This document shows, one piece after another, positions 33,373 through 42,477 of a stretch of DNA of 64,000 nt. The stretch covers positions 320,001 through 384,000 of the forward strand of contig CAWBOC010000006.1 in assembly GCA_963790305.1 (NCBI GenBank), written 5' to 3'. The notes under the pieces are model-generated. The model saw only the letters and a program-made list of their open reading frames with translations. It was not told the DNA's origin and did no database searches. Position 1 is the first letter of the stretch, and every line of letters begins with the position of its first letter. A program made the translations under genes and the position numbers. This stretch comes from an uncultured Gemmatimonadaceae bacterium (GTDB taxonomy: Bacteria; Gemmatimonadota; Gemmatimonadetes; Gemmatimonadales; Gemmatimonadaceae).

Positions 33373-34270
33373 CGTACTCGTCCACGATCGATGAGCGCTC
33401 CATCCACACGTCGCTGGCGGCGATCGCCCGGACAACGGGATGAAGCTCGCGACGTCGCACACTGTCCTCGCGCTCGTCGCGGAACTCCCATTCATTCACG
33501 TCGATATTGAAGCTGAAGCGAGAGATGAGCGTGCCTCGTGTGACGCGGTCGCCGGTTCGCGGACGTCCGGCTTCCGCCGACGCTCGCGCGAGCAGCTGCT
33601 CGAGAACCCACCGGGGAACGGCACCGTCGATCTCCGGATACACGTACATGAAGATCTGAAGCTGTGCGAGCAGCAGTGGCCAGTGCTCCGCAACGCGCTC
33701 GAGCAATCGCCCCCAATTCATGGCGTGTCCCACGCAGGCAATCAGGTGGACGATGTCGCCCATGTCCTGCCGATGCCGCTCGTGGATGAAAAGCCGATGC
33801 CAGAGGAGCTCTTCCGCCGGGGCCACGCGCACTGGCGTCGCCGCGAGGATGGCAGGGCGGCTGTTGCGGTACCAGCCCTCGTCGATGAGAGCGAGACCGT
33901 TTCCCATCCCGAAGATCAGATCGACGAACGGGTCGCCAACGAATGCCTTCGCCAGCCAATGCGGCTGCTCGAGTCGCGTCGTGAAGCCTGCCTCGCGTAG
34001 TACGCGGCCAGCCGCGATGGTGTGTTCGGGCTGCACGAAGACGTCGAGATCTTTTGTGTCGCGATAGATCCCGGTGTGCTCGTAGATTGCGTAGGCTCCG
34101 GCCACCACGTATGGGATCCCGTGCTCGTTGAGCGCGCGGAGTGCCTGCTTGTAGACCTCACGTTCCGCTTCGGGAACCCAGAAGTCGCCGTGCGTGACGG
34201 ACTTCTTCTCTTCCTTGGTGAGGTTGTCCATCCGCGGGACGCGCGTGGCGCTCCCTCCTTCCTGCGCCAT
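33350..34270 (-). CDS. Pol-beta-superfamily nucleotidyltransferase
   Basis: VVAGAYA...RDTKDLDVFV motif and VDLIFG third acidic residue; start could be at 34231. Confidence 0.78.
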   Translation of the reverse strand: MAQEGGSATRVPRMDNLTKEEKKSVTHGDFWVPEAEREVYKQALRALNEHGIPYVVAGAYAIYEHTGIYRDTKDLDVFVQPEHTIAAGRVLREAGFTTRLEQPHWLAKAFVGDPFVDLIFGMGNGLALIDEGWYRNSRPAILAATPVRVAPAEELLWHRLFIHERHRQDMGDIVHLIACVGHAMNWGRLLERVAEHWPLLLAQLQIFMYVYPEIDGAVPRWVLEQLLARASAEAGRPRTGDRVTRGTLISRFSFNIDVNEWEFRDEREDSVRRRELHPVVRAIAASDVWMERSSIVDEYDARIKHL

Positions 34271-34305
34271 CAGCGCCGCCTTGGGAGAGGTTCCACGCGA
34301 TTCAA

Positions 34306-34321
34306 AGCAAGGGTTGCGCCG
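34306..34321 (-). promoter_or_regulatory. Sigma54-type (-24/-12) promoter
   Basis: CGGCGCAACCCTTGCT (GG-N10-GC) in the spacer upstream of the nucleotidyltransferase. Confidence 0.55.
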
Positions 34322-34353
34322 TTAGCCAAGCCCTCGAGGCCTCTACGGAAGGC

Positions 34354-35007
34354 TCAGTCGTACGCGGCACCTTCGCGAGGCGCCGCGGCCGCGCGTCCGG
34401 CGTCCGCGACCAGCGCTTCGAGGTCGAGCTCACGCGACGGCATCACCTGGGCCTTGAGGACGACCTGCATTTCCTTCAATGCGTGCTCTGCCTCCGCGGG
34501 GTCCGTCGACGCCACACAATCGGATGGTACCACGAGCGCATAGTCGCGCATGTACGCGTCGTTGGCGGTGAAGAGCACGCAGATATTCGCCTGGACTCCC
34601 GTCATGATCAGCGTCTTCGCCCCGAGGTAATCGAGCAGAATGTCGAGCTGCGTCGAGAAGAAGCCGGAATGCTTGGGCTTCAGGACGAAATAGTCGTCCT
34701 TCTCCGGATGCAGAATCTCGGCGAGCGGCTTTCCCGGTACGCCGTCGTGCAGAACGTGATCGAGGACCTGATTCAGGTCCGATTGCCATCGCCCGAAGTT
34801 GTCATTGGCGTAGACGGTGGGAATGCCGAGCTGCTTCGCGCGCCGCTTGAGCGCCGCGATGTTGCGAGCCATCGGGAGCGCATGCTCCAGCAGCTGCTCC
34901 CCCTGGTCGAAATCGAGTGCGTTGATCACGTCGATCAGAATCAGCGCGACCGGCGACTTGTCTGGTGCGTTGCCGTGCAGATCGGGGTTGCGAGCGGCGT
35001 TCGTCAT
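34354..35007 (-). CDS. Isochorismatase-family cysteine hydrolase
   Basis: LILIDVIN, VLKPKHSGF, TGVQANICV (D-K-C triad). Confidence 0.9.
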   Translation of the reverse strand: MTNAARNPDLHGNAPDKSPVALILIDVINALDFDQGEQLLEHALPMARNIAALKRRAKQLGIPTVYANDNFGRWQSDLNQVLDHVLHDGVPGKPLAEILHPEKDDYFVLKPKHSGFFSTQLDILLDYLGAKTLIMTGVQANICVLFTANDAYMRDYALVVPSDCVASTDPAEAEHALKEMQVVLKAQVMPSRELDLEALVADAGRAAAAPREGAAYD

Positions 35008-35453
35008 CGGCGGCCCGGCGGGTGTGAAGCAATTTGCCCATCTGCGAGCAGAACGTCGCTCGCACTGGCCACCGCCCATGCGCCGAACTCACGAACGAGG
35101 GTGAGGACGGGCGCTGCATGCCCTCGATGGCCCTCGACACGGGCTCGCACCAGCGTCGTATCCGGTCTCCGATGCTTCAAGGTTCCCTCCACATTCTCGA
35201 GGCGCCCGATGCGTGCTCGAAAATCCGACGAGATCCGGCGCACGTCACTCTCGGATGTCCGGCGCTCGGCGTCGCGAGTGAGCATCCGACGCGCCGTCCC
35301 GACCTGGCCCAGAGACATCGAGCGAACGAACTCCTGCGCCACGATCTCGGGAGGAGACACCAGGATTTCGTCGTCGCCGAGGCCGAGGACCACTCCGCCA
35401 ACGAGGGCGAGGGAGACAAGCACGAGAGCCATCGCAATCGGAAGGTCTCTCAC
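35004..35453 (-). CDS. Hypothetical membrane-anchored protein
   Basis: Single N-terminal TM helix; 4-nt overlaps with both neighbours. Confidence 0.6.
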   Translation of the reverse strand: MRDLPIAMALVLVSLALVGGVVLGLGDDEILVSPPEIVAQEFVRSMSLGQVGTARRMLTRDAERRTSESDVRRISSDFRARIGRLENVEGTLKHRRPDTTLVRARVEGHRGHAAPVLTLVREFGAWAVASASDVLLADGQIASHPPGRR

Positions 35454-35965
35454 GACCGCCTCTGCATGCGCGTCCTCACCCACTCCGCATCATTCCGTTG
35501 CGCGGGCTTCGCCCAGTCGTGGAAGACGACGCCCACAATGCCCTCTTCCTCGATTCGCGCGCGCTTGATCTCTGCCCAGCGGGCGGCGGAGATCCCGGCC
35601 AGCCGCAGCAGGGACGCGAGCTCCTTCCGGTTCATTTGCTGGCGTCTCATGACATTGCGTCGCGGAATGCCATTCTGAAGCACGGTGGGAGGCTCCCCTT
35701 CGAGGAGCATCCACGCCCGGACGTTGAGCATCCCCACAATGGCGATACTGAGGTGCAGAATCGCCAGCGTGCCCGCGGCAACGATGAGCTGCGCGAACGG
35801 AACAGTCGCGAGGATAGCATTGTCGATGAGATCACCGATCATGATGGCGAGCACGAACTGCATGCCGGTGGCCTCCGACACCAGGCGCTTGCCCGACACG
35901 CGTACCAGCGCCAATAGAAACAGGTACGCCAGGACAGCCCGGATGGCGATCGCGAGCGGTGACAT
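35450..35965 (-). CDS. DUF421 (YetF-like) membrane protein
   Basis: RVSGKRLVSE, 3 TM helices, LEGEPPTVLQNG, L..LLRLAG, ARIEEEG. Confidence 0.8.
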   Translation of the reverse strand: MSPLAIAIRAVLAYLFLLALVRVSGKRLVSEATGMQFVLAIMIGDLIDNAILATVPFAQLIVAAGTLAILHLSIAIVGMLNVRAWMLLEGEPPTVLQNGIPRRNVMRRQQMNRKELASLLRLAGISAARWAEIKRARIEEEGIVGVVFHDWAKPAQRNDAEWVRTRMQRRS

Positions 35966-36552
35966 CACTCCGCCCGATCGAGGAGGTTCGGGCTATCCGT
36001 CCGGTGCTCGGGCATGGGCTCCTCGTCCCCTCCCGTATCGGCGCGTTTTTGCTCCTCCATGGCCAGGCCGACGTCGGCTTTCTGGACCGGCTCCGCCCAG
36101 TCCTGTCGAATCACGCTCAACTGGCCGTTGTATTCGATGACGGCGAGCTTGACCTCGCGAAGGTCGTCCACGCCGTGCAACCGCAGCTCGGAAAGCACGT
36201 CCTTCTCGTTCATCCGCTCCGCACGCATGCCGGGGTAATGGAGCTGGCCCTTCTCGAGCACCACCGTGGGCGATCCTTCGAGTAGGTGCCCGAAGCCGTG
36301 ATCCCAGTAGGTCAGCCAGGAGTTCAGGTAATGCAGCACCGCGACTACGCCGACGCCGATGAATCCCTGCGCCATCGAGACGTTGCCGTAGATGATCTCA
36401 TCCACGACTTCGCCGAGCATGAGAGCGACGAGGAAGTCGAATGCGCTGAAGCTTCCGATGGTGCGTTTTCCGGATAGGCGAATGACCGCGAGCATCACGG
36501 CGTAGACCGCAACCGCGCGCGCCGCCGTCAGCGCCAGGTCCCTTGGATCCAT
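35965..36552 (-). CDS. DUF421 (YetF-like) membrane protein
   Basis: RLSGKRTIGSFSAFDF, LEGSPTVVLEKG, LSELRLHG, AVIEYNGQLSV. Confidence 0.88.
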   Translation of the reverse strand: MDPRDLALTAARAVAVYAVMLAVIRLSGKRTIGSFSAFDFLVALMLGEVVDEIIYGNVSMAQGFIGVGVVAVLHYLNSWLTYWDHGFGHLLEGSPTVVLEKGQLHYPGMRAERMNEKDVLSELRLHGVDDLREVKLAVIEYNGQLSVIRQDWAEPVQKADVGLAMEEQKRADTGGDEEPMPEHRTDSPNLLDRAE

Positions 36553-36719
36553 TGAGGTCTCCGTCCGGGTGGCAGCCGGCTAACGAGAAGTGCTTGCTAA
36601 CTCCGCGCTCGGGGTGCAGGAACTGTGCACGACACCAAGGAGATTTGGCTGGCGGGGCCACGAACCGCGTGATTGCGAATTCCGAATGACGCGAATTTGA
36701 CGGGCGCAATGAGCCACAA

Positions 36720-36754
36720 AACAACGCCGGGTCGGTTATCGACCCGGCGTTGTT
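36720..36754 (-). terminator. Rho-independent terminator
   Basis: AACAACGCCGGGTCG/CGACCCGGCGTTGTT 15-bp stem with a T-rich tail on the minus strand. Confidence 0.75.
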
Positions 36755-36840
36755 CTCTTGATTCCTATAGGGTGCGGGACAACCTGCACCCGTGGGGACT
36801 CTACGCACGGAAAAGAGGGGTTAAAGCAATCTCGGAGGCC

Positions 36841-37722
36841 TCACTCGCATTCAATCATCCACGGCTCACAGCCGCCGCCTCCTCCCTGAGGATAAGGAAT
36901 CCACACCGCCTTTTCTTCTGACACCACGCGCGCTCGCAACGTATCGGTTATCGCGACCCGGTAGTTCTGGAACGTGCCCCCCTGGTCACCGTAGTCCGCA
37001 ATGGTAGATGCACTGGAGGGCGGCCCCATCGATACGCCGTTGCGGAACCACTCATAGAGGTAGGGTCCGTTGAAGCCGTTGATGACGTTGGCGGTGAGCG
37101 TGAAACCGGTGCCAGAGGGAAAGGTCGGACACTGGTACGTAGGATTCGGGCACCAGTTGGGCCCGCCGATGTCGGCTAACCACGCGTCGTAGTACGGCAT
37201 ATGGACTTCGGCCTGCGCGATTTCATTATCTCTTGCAAAGAGCAGGTGAAACGCGTGGTCCTCGAAGCGGCAGAGGTTGCACAAGGGAACCGACGCGCGC
37301 ATGAAGTACCCGGTGATGTAAGCGCGTACATAGGCGTCGTGCCACAGCCGCATGAACGACTCGACCCGCTCTTTTTCTTCGCCGTGGTGATTTGCGATCG
37401 CAGTCAAGACGAGTGTCCCCGCCTCCACGGACGCGTGGGGCGCAATCTCGTTCGCCTCATAGGGGGTAAAGTAGCCGCCGTGGGGATACTCCGCGCGGAG
37501 GACCAGTTTTGGGCAATCATTCGGCTTATAGTGGTCGACCCTGATGGCATTCCGAATGAAATTCCAGTCACCCTCGACGCGACACTTACTCTTTGGGTCG
37601 GGAATGGGTCGATCGGGCTCGCACGCAGCCAGGAGAATGCCGATCCCGCCCACCGCCAGCCGACGCGCGCCCACCAATGCACGGGCGGCGCAGAGAGAGC
37701 CTTGCCGCAGTATGCTGGTCAT
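36841..37722 (-). CDS. Hypothetical Cys-rich lipoprotein with Ig-like C-terminal domain
   Basis: Lipobox LLAAC; FTLTANV...PYLYEWFRNG...YRVAITD Ig/PKD-like pattern; starts 2 nt after the upstream stop. Confidence 0.55.
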   Translation of the reverse strand: MTSILRQGSLCAARALVGARRLAVGGIGILLAACEPDRPIPDPKSKCRVEGDWNFIRNAIRVDHYKPNDCPKLVLRAEYPHGGYFTPYEANEIAPHASVEAGTLVLTAIANHHGEEKERVESFMRLWHDAYVRAYITGYFMRASVPLCNLCRFEDHAFHLLFARDNEIAQAEVHMPYYDAWLADIGGPNWCPNPTYQCPTFPSGTGFTLTANVINGFNGPYLYEWFRNGVSMGPPSSASTIADYGDQGGTFQNYRVAITDTLRARVVSEEKAVWIPYPQGGGGGCEPWMIECE

Positions 37723-37724
37723 GG

Positions 37725-38723
37725 CTAGAGCCCTCCCGCGCGACCGACATCCTCGAATCTGACAGGAGCCTCGTTGCGTCGAAGGATGCGCGTCGTTCGC
37801 CACTGGGGCGTGGACCCAGCGCGCAGTTGCGCAGCAGCATCGGCGGGCAGCCACCGCGCTTCGACCTCGGCAGGCTGCTCAGGGGAGGCGCGCTTTGTCT
37901 TGAGCTTCGAGCGGTATTGTCCTCCGACGAAGAGGTCCCTGACTCTCACTTTCGCGCCGTTGCCGGTTACTTCCACCTCTGCCTCTGCATCCAACGATAA
38001 TTGCCACCGCGCGAGTTGCGGGTACGCCGATTCCGGCGGGAATTGCAGGATCAAGCGCGGAATCGCTGCAATGCGGCGGTTTGAGGCCTTTGCTGTCTGC
38101 CTAACGGCCACTTCGGGCGATAGTGGGAGCTGGTTGTCCTCCCCCGGCGGAATTCCGACGATGCGAAACTCCTCTCCGTGGTGCGTTGGGTACCGGAGTT
38201 TCCCATCCTCGACCCACAGTTCGGTCGCGTATGCGGAAATCGCGAGCGCTATGACAGCCTCACCGCTCGGTGTGCACAGGCTGGTGAGCCACCACGGCCC
38301 GTAGAAGCGGTGATACAGCGCCGGGACTTCGCTCGGAAGTTCCTCGACCGGGGCCTCCGCGTAGAAGACACGCGGACACACCGTGATCCCCGTTATGTCG
38401 ATGGGTGCGCCGCGGTCGCGTTCGAGGGTGGGCAGAATGCCTTGCAGGTGCGTTGCTGCGTGCGCGGCCGCGAGCTCGCGCGCTTGCGCTTCGCCAATCT
38501 GCGGCTGCGATCCCAGCGTCGGTCTGTTGGCAATTCGGAGCGTTCCGTCTGGCTGAAGCTGTTCGGCGGCCGCGCCTGACAGATAGAGTCCTAAGCTCTT
38601 GGCGTCAGGTACCTGTGGGCCACCTCCCGCGCGCTCCGAGCAGCCGCCGCTTGCGAGCACAAACGCCGCGACTACGGCCGGTCGGGTGATTCCGCGCAGG
38701 CTCAGTCCTCGTGCGTCATGCAT
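37725..38723 (-). CDS. Hypothetical lipoprotein
   Basis: AGGAG RBS; signal peptide ending LASGGC; 332 aa with no recognised motif. Confidence 0.6.
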   Translation of the reverse strand: MHDARGLSLRGITRPAVVAAFVLASGGCSERAGGGPQVPDAKSLGLYLSGAAAEQLQPDGTLRIANRPTLGSQPQIGEAQARELAAAHAATHLQGILPTLERDRGAPIDITGITVCPRVFYAEAPVEELPSEVPALYHRFYGPWWLTSLCTPSGEAVIALAISAYATELWVEDGKLRYPTHHGEEFRIVGIPPGEDNQLPLSPEVAVRQTAKASNRRIAAIPRLILQFPPESAYPQLARWQLSLDAEAEVEVTGNGAKVRVRDLFVGGQYRSKLKTKRASPEQPAEVEARWLPADAAAQLRAGSTPQWRTTRILRRNEAPVRFEDVGRAGGL

Positions 38724-39190
38724 GTCCGCTCCTAGTAAGAAGCTTCCCTTCTTCTCGGCTCGTCCGTCGTCGTCCCTGCTCGAATCCTTCGTCGCGGGTT
38801 CGCGCGCTCCGGGCTCATCGTCGAGTCATCGCCAACACCTCCCGTTGGTTAATCGGACACATTGCGAGCGTCGCTGGATTGCTCTGATAGCAGCCTCCGT
38901 CACGCAAGCGTCATAGCGTGACCGCTCTACCACGGCCTGTTTTGGTAGTGGGGCGTCAGCGACGACGGAGGCAACGTCAGCGACGGAGGGACACGGTCAG
39001 GGACAACGTAGCGAAGCGCGCAGGCGTGCCCGCTCAGTGGCGATCCACTCGTTGGGCACGAGACCGAGGCCATCCGTCAGCGGTACGCCATCACCAACGA
39101 GCCCGATCTTCGCCACGGACTCGCAAAAGTCGCAGGGCGGGCCCGGCCAGCGTGAGGAGGATTGCGCGTGCGTAAGACCCACATAAGGCC

Positions 39191-39228
39191 CGCGGGGCCC
39201 TGACCGAGAATAGAGTCAAGGCCCCGCA
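39191..39228 (-). terminator. Hairpin downstream of tmRNA
   Basis: GCGGGGCCTTGAC...GTCAGGGCCCCGC stem on the minus strand. Confidence 0.5.
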
Positions 39229-39242
39229 GTTACTTAGGTCAG

Positions 39243-39593
39243 TGGAGGCGCGGGGAATTGAACCCCGGTCCGAGAATGGATCCACCACAGCGTCTACGTG
39301 CGTAGTCTGCCATTGAATGTCTCCGAACGCTGGCCGGCAGACAGCCCACTTTCGGATAAGTCTCTCTTTGTCTCGCTCAACGCCTGGAGACGCGACGCCG
39401 AGCCAGCCCAAATTTGCGATACCCGGAAGACGCCTTAGGCGAGCTTCTTACGGGCAGGTGCATAACTAAAAGTTACGCAGCCAGAGCCATGTTAGAGTTG
39501 GCAGTTGTGAATCATCCCGAGGGATTAACCAGGGCTCGAGGACCTGGGCACGCGGCCACGGCTTCACCGACCCCGTCGAAGCCAGTCGCCCCC
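39243..39593 (-). ncRNA. ssrA: tmRNA; tag peptide (A)ANSNMALAA*
   Basis: 5' GGGGGCGACTGGCTTCGAC, 3' GGACCGGGGTTCAATTCCCCGCGCCTCCA; tag ORF GCC AAC TCT AAC ATG GCT CTG GCT GCG TAA at 39502-39473; about 351 nt. Confidence 0.96.
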
Positions 39594-39602
39594 GTAGCAC
39601 CA

Positions 39603-39631
39603 ATTCTAGCGACCCAACGCCCAGGAGTCAA
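39603..39631 (-). promoter_or_regulatory. Sigma70 promoter of ssrA
   Basis: TTGACT-N17-TAGAAT just upstream of the tmRNA 5' end. Confidence 0.75.
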
Positions 39632-39668
39632 CGACGAACGAGCTCCGATGTCGTTCCGAGCTAACGTC

Positions 39669-41756
39669 CTAAAGCGTTGTACCGGCGCCGCTTACTTCCG
39701 CTATCTTCACGCAGTTCCTTCCGCCTCGCTTAGCCTCGTACAGCGCCCGGTCGGCGGCGGGGAAAAGCGTATCTCGACTGTTCGTGCTGGCGGGGTAGGT
39801 CGCCACCCCGAACGATGCAGTAACGTCGATTTCGCGCGCGCCCAGCCGAACCGGCTGCGAGCTCAGCAGCGTGCGGAGCCGCTCGGCGACCTCGCGCGCC
39901 CCGGCCAGATCCGTCTGCGGGAGCAGAATCGCCATCTCCTCCCCGCCATATCGCGCGCAGAGGTCGATCTCTGCCCGGAGCGCTCCGCCGAGCACCCGCG
40001 CGGCGTGTCGCAGGACGGTGTCGCCCGCGTCGTGGCCGTGCTCGTCGTTCACCCGCTTGAAGTGGTCGAGGTCGGCCAGTAGGAGCGACACCGGCCGCTG
40101 GAAGCGATCACTCTCCGCGAGAAGGGTCGAGAGGCGCTCATCGAAGGTGCGGCGGTTCGCGAGCCCTGTGAGCGCATCCTTGCGCGCGAGATCGTGCTGG
40201 CGCGTGAACTCCTCCGCCGTGCGGAGCGACAGGGAGGCGACACGCGCGAGCAGCCTCACCGTGTCGACCTCTCGATCGACCACCTGCCGCGGCGCATCGC
40301 CCTCGATGACGATGGCCCCGAGCACGGAATGATCGCGTCGCAACGGAATGACAGCGAGCGATCCGATTCGGCGCCGGGGCTCCGCATCCGCGAACACCGC
40401 GGTTCGGAGTGCGGCCCGCTGCGCATCCTCGAAGACGAAGGTTTGATCGTGGCGGCATGCCCGCGCGACGAGCGAGTCGCCTCCCAGGACATAGCCTTCC
40501 TTGAGTCCAAAGCTCGCCGAGGCGCTTCGAACGACGCCCGTCCCCGCGGCGGCATCCCACGCGACGAACGCCGATCGCGAGGCGCTGGTGACCTGGAGCG
40601 ACGTCTCACACACCGACCGTGCGAGCGTATCAACCACCACGCTCCCCTGAATGCGCTCGACCGCGTCGATAATGGCGCGAACGTCCGCCGCGCGGCGCGC
40701 AGTCAGGTGCCGAACCTCGAGGAGGCCGAGGAGAGTGCCGAGGTGCGTGCCGTGGCGCCGCACCCAGTTCTTGAGCTCCTCGTCCGGCAACGCGGCGCCT
40801 CCAGTCACAGTCACGCTGAGGGCGCCGAAAAGGCGATCACCTTCCTCGACCGGGCCGGCGACGACGATGCCACCGTGCTCGAGCTGCGCCGCCACCGCCA
40901 GACGCTGTGAGCCCGCCCACTGGACGAGCGGGACGCCCTCCCGCTCCGGGAAGAGCGCGGGCTCGTCAGGCGAGACTGTCGACCAGGCGGCCGGCTCCAT
41001 GCGCTCGTTCTCTTCAGAGAGGCGCCAGTAGATGACCTCGTCGGCGCAGAGGCTGTCTCTGATGTCACGTAGATATCGACTGGCGATGTGCAGGTGCACC
41101 ATACCGATGGCTGCGTCGCGCTCGGAAACCGCATCACGGCGCAGGTCGCTCGCGACCGCGGTCGACCCGCGCGGTGTCGGCCGCCGATGGAGGAAACCCT
41201 GCACGCGCCGCATTCGCTGCCGGTCGACCTCGACGTCGCGCGCAATCTTGCGCGCATACCAGAGGGGGCCGACCGCGATGGCCATCACCAGGGCCGTGGC
41301 GGTGAGGATCGGGACCCCCTCCGGCCCCCGCCCCAGGGCCGAGTCGGCGAGCGCTATGACGACGACGGAGATCGCCGCTGCAATCCCGCCGGCTCGATAG
41401 CCTAACGTCGCTGTCACGCTCATGAGGAGCAGCCCCACGATCGCCAACGCGGGCGAATGGACGCCTCCGCTCCCCGCCACGACGAGGAAGGCAGGCGCGG
41501 AGAGCAGCGTGACGATGTGGATAAGTCGCTCCCGGAGGGTCGCGGGGAGGGTGCCGGCGGCTACGGCGCCTGCCAGCGCCAGGGCGATCACGAGCGCGGC
41601 GAGCGCCGGCCAACCGAAACGGGACCCGGCCGCGAGCTCAGCTCGAGCGACGGGGTGCATGAACGACGCGGCGGCCGCGAACCAGAGCGCGACCGCCGCG
41701 ACGGAGGTCCAGCGATGCTGTGCGATACTACGAATGAGTGATGCGCGAAGCGGCAT
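39669..41756 (-). CDS. Membrane-bound GAF-GGDEF diguanylate cyclase
   Basis: N-terminal TM helices, GAF-like segments, DALTGLANRR, DLDHFKRVND..GHDAGD, RYGGEEM. Confidence 0.92.
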   Translation of the reverse strand: MPLRASLIRSIAQHRWTSVAAVALWFAAAASFMHPVARAELAAGSRFGWPALAALVIALALAGAVAAGTLPATLRERLIHIVTLLSAPAFLVVAGSGGVHSPALAIVGLLLMSVTATLGYRAGGIAAAISVVVIALADSALGRGPEGVPILTATALVMAIAVGPLWYARKIARDVEVDRQRMRRVQGFLHRRPTPRGSTAVASDLRRDAVSERDAAIGMVHLHIASRYLRDIRDSLCADEVIYWRLSEENERMEPAAWSTVSPDEPALFPEREGVPLVQWAGSQRLAVAAQLEHGGIVVAGPVEEGDRLFGALSVTVTGGAALPDEELKNWVRRHGTHLGTLLGLLEVRHLTARRAADVRAIIDAVERIQGSVVVDTLARSVCETSLQVTSASRSAFVAWDAAAGTGVVRSASASFGLKEGYVLGGDSLVARACRHDQTFVFEDAQRAALRTAVFADAEPRRRIGSLAVIPLRRDHSVLGAIVIEGDAPRQVVDREVDTVRLLARVASLSLRTAEEFTRQHDLARKDALTGLANRRTFDERLSTLLAESDRFQRPVSLLLADLDHFKRVNDEHGHDAGDTVLRHAARVLGGALRAEIDLCARYGGEEMAILLPQTDLAGAREVAERLRTLLSSQPVRLGAREIDVTASFGVATYPASTNSRDTLFPAADRALYEAKRGGRNCVKIAEVSGAGTTL

Positions 41757-42477
41757 AGGCGGCGCCGAACCCGTTGTCGATGTTGACGACAGTCACGCCG
41801 GCAGCGCAACTGTTCAACATGCCGAGCAGCGCGGCGATACCGCCGAAGCTGGCGCCGTATCCGACGCTCGTGGGAACGGCTATCACGGGAACTCGAACAA
41901 TCCCACCGACGACCGAGGGAAGCGCGCCTTCCATTCCCGCCACAACGATCACGACGGCGGCTCGCGTGAGGACGTCGCTGCGCGACAGCAGTCGATGAAT
42001 TCCCGCAACGCCAACATCCGTTAGGCGCTCGACACAGTTGCCAAGGGCGCGCAAGGTGACCGCGGCTTCCTCGGCAACCGGCAAGTCGCTGGTGCCGGCG
42101 GTGACGACGAGGACAGACCCCGTCCCTTGAGGAACTTCCTTATCAGGCGCGAGGTAAGCCGTTCTACCAAGCTCGTTTACTTCAACGGCCGGGACGCGCT
42201 CTGCAAGGGCACGCCGCACGTTCGCGTCAGCCCGCGTCACGAGGAATCCGTCGCGCCGCGCAGCGATGCGATCGGCGATCTCGACCACCTGCTCGGTGGT
42301 TTTTCCCGCGGCGAGAATCACCTCCGGGAAGCCGAGGCGAACCGCCCGGTGGTGATCGATGGTCGCGAAGCCGAGGTCTTCGATCGGGGAGACGGCGATG
42401 GCGTCAGCCGCTACGTCGGCCGCCAGCTCGCCTCCCGCGACCCGACGCAACAGGTCGAGCACGCGCTCGCGGTTCAC
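41728..42477 (-). CDS. larB: Nickel-pincer cofactor biosynthesis protein LarB (PurE-like)
   Basis: DHHRAVRLGFPEV, AGTSDLPVAEEA, DVGVAGIHRL, AGMEGALPSVV, VNIDNGFGA. Confidence 0.9.
   Translation of the reverse strand: MNRERVLDLLRRVAGGELAADVAADAIAVSPIEDLGFATIDHHRAVRLGFPEVILAAGKTTEQVVEIADRIAARRDGFLVTRADANVRRALAERVPAVEVNELGRTAYLAPDKEVPQGTGSVLVVTAGTSDLPVAEEAAVTLRALGNCVERLTDVGVAGIHRLLSRSDVLTRAAVVIVVAGMEGALPSVVGGIVRVPVIAVPTSVGYGASFGGIAALLGMLNSCAAGVTVVNIDNGFGAAYAASRITHS

Noticed and set aside
36646..36670. TGGCTGGCGGGGCCACGAACCGCG as a degenerate att copy of the tmRNA 3' end
   Set aside because: Similarity is weak and no T-arm forms
36770..36830. Small hairpin GGGTGCGGG/CCTGCACCC as a riboswitch or ncRNA
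   Set aside because: No recognisable family motif; lies in a 3' UTR just before a terminator
38997..39182. 61-aa ORF with CxxC downstream of tmRNA
   Set aside because: Short, no RBS or family signal
32578..39240. Prophage, integrase or named defence system
   Set aside because: No recombinase, phage or recognised defence-gene motifs seen
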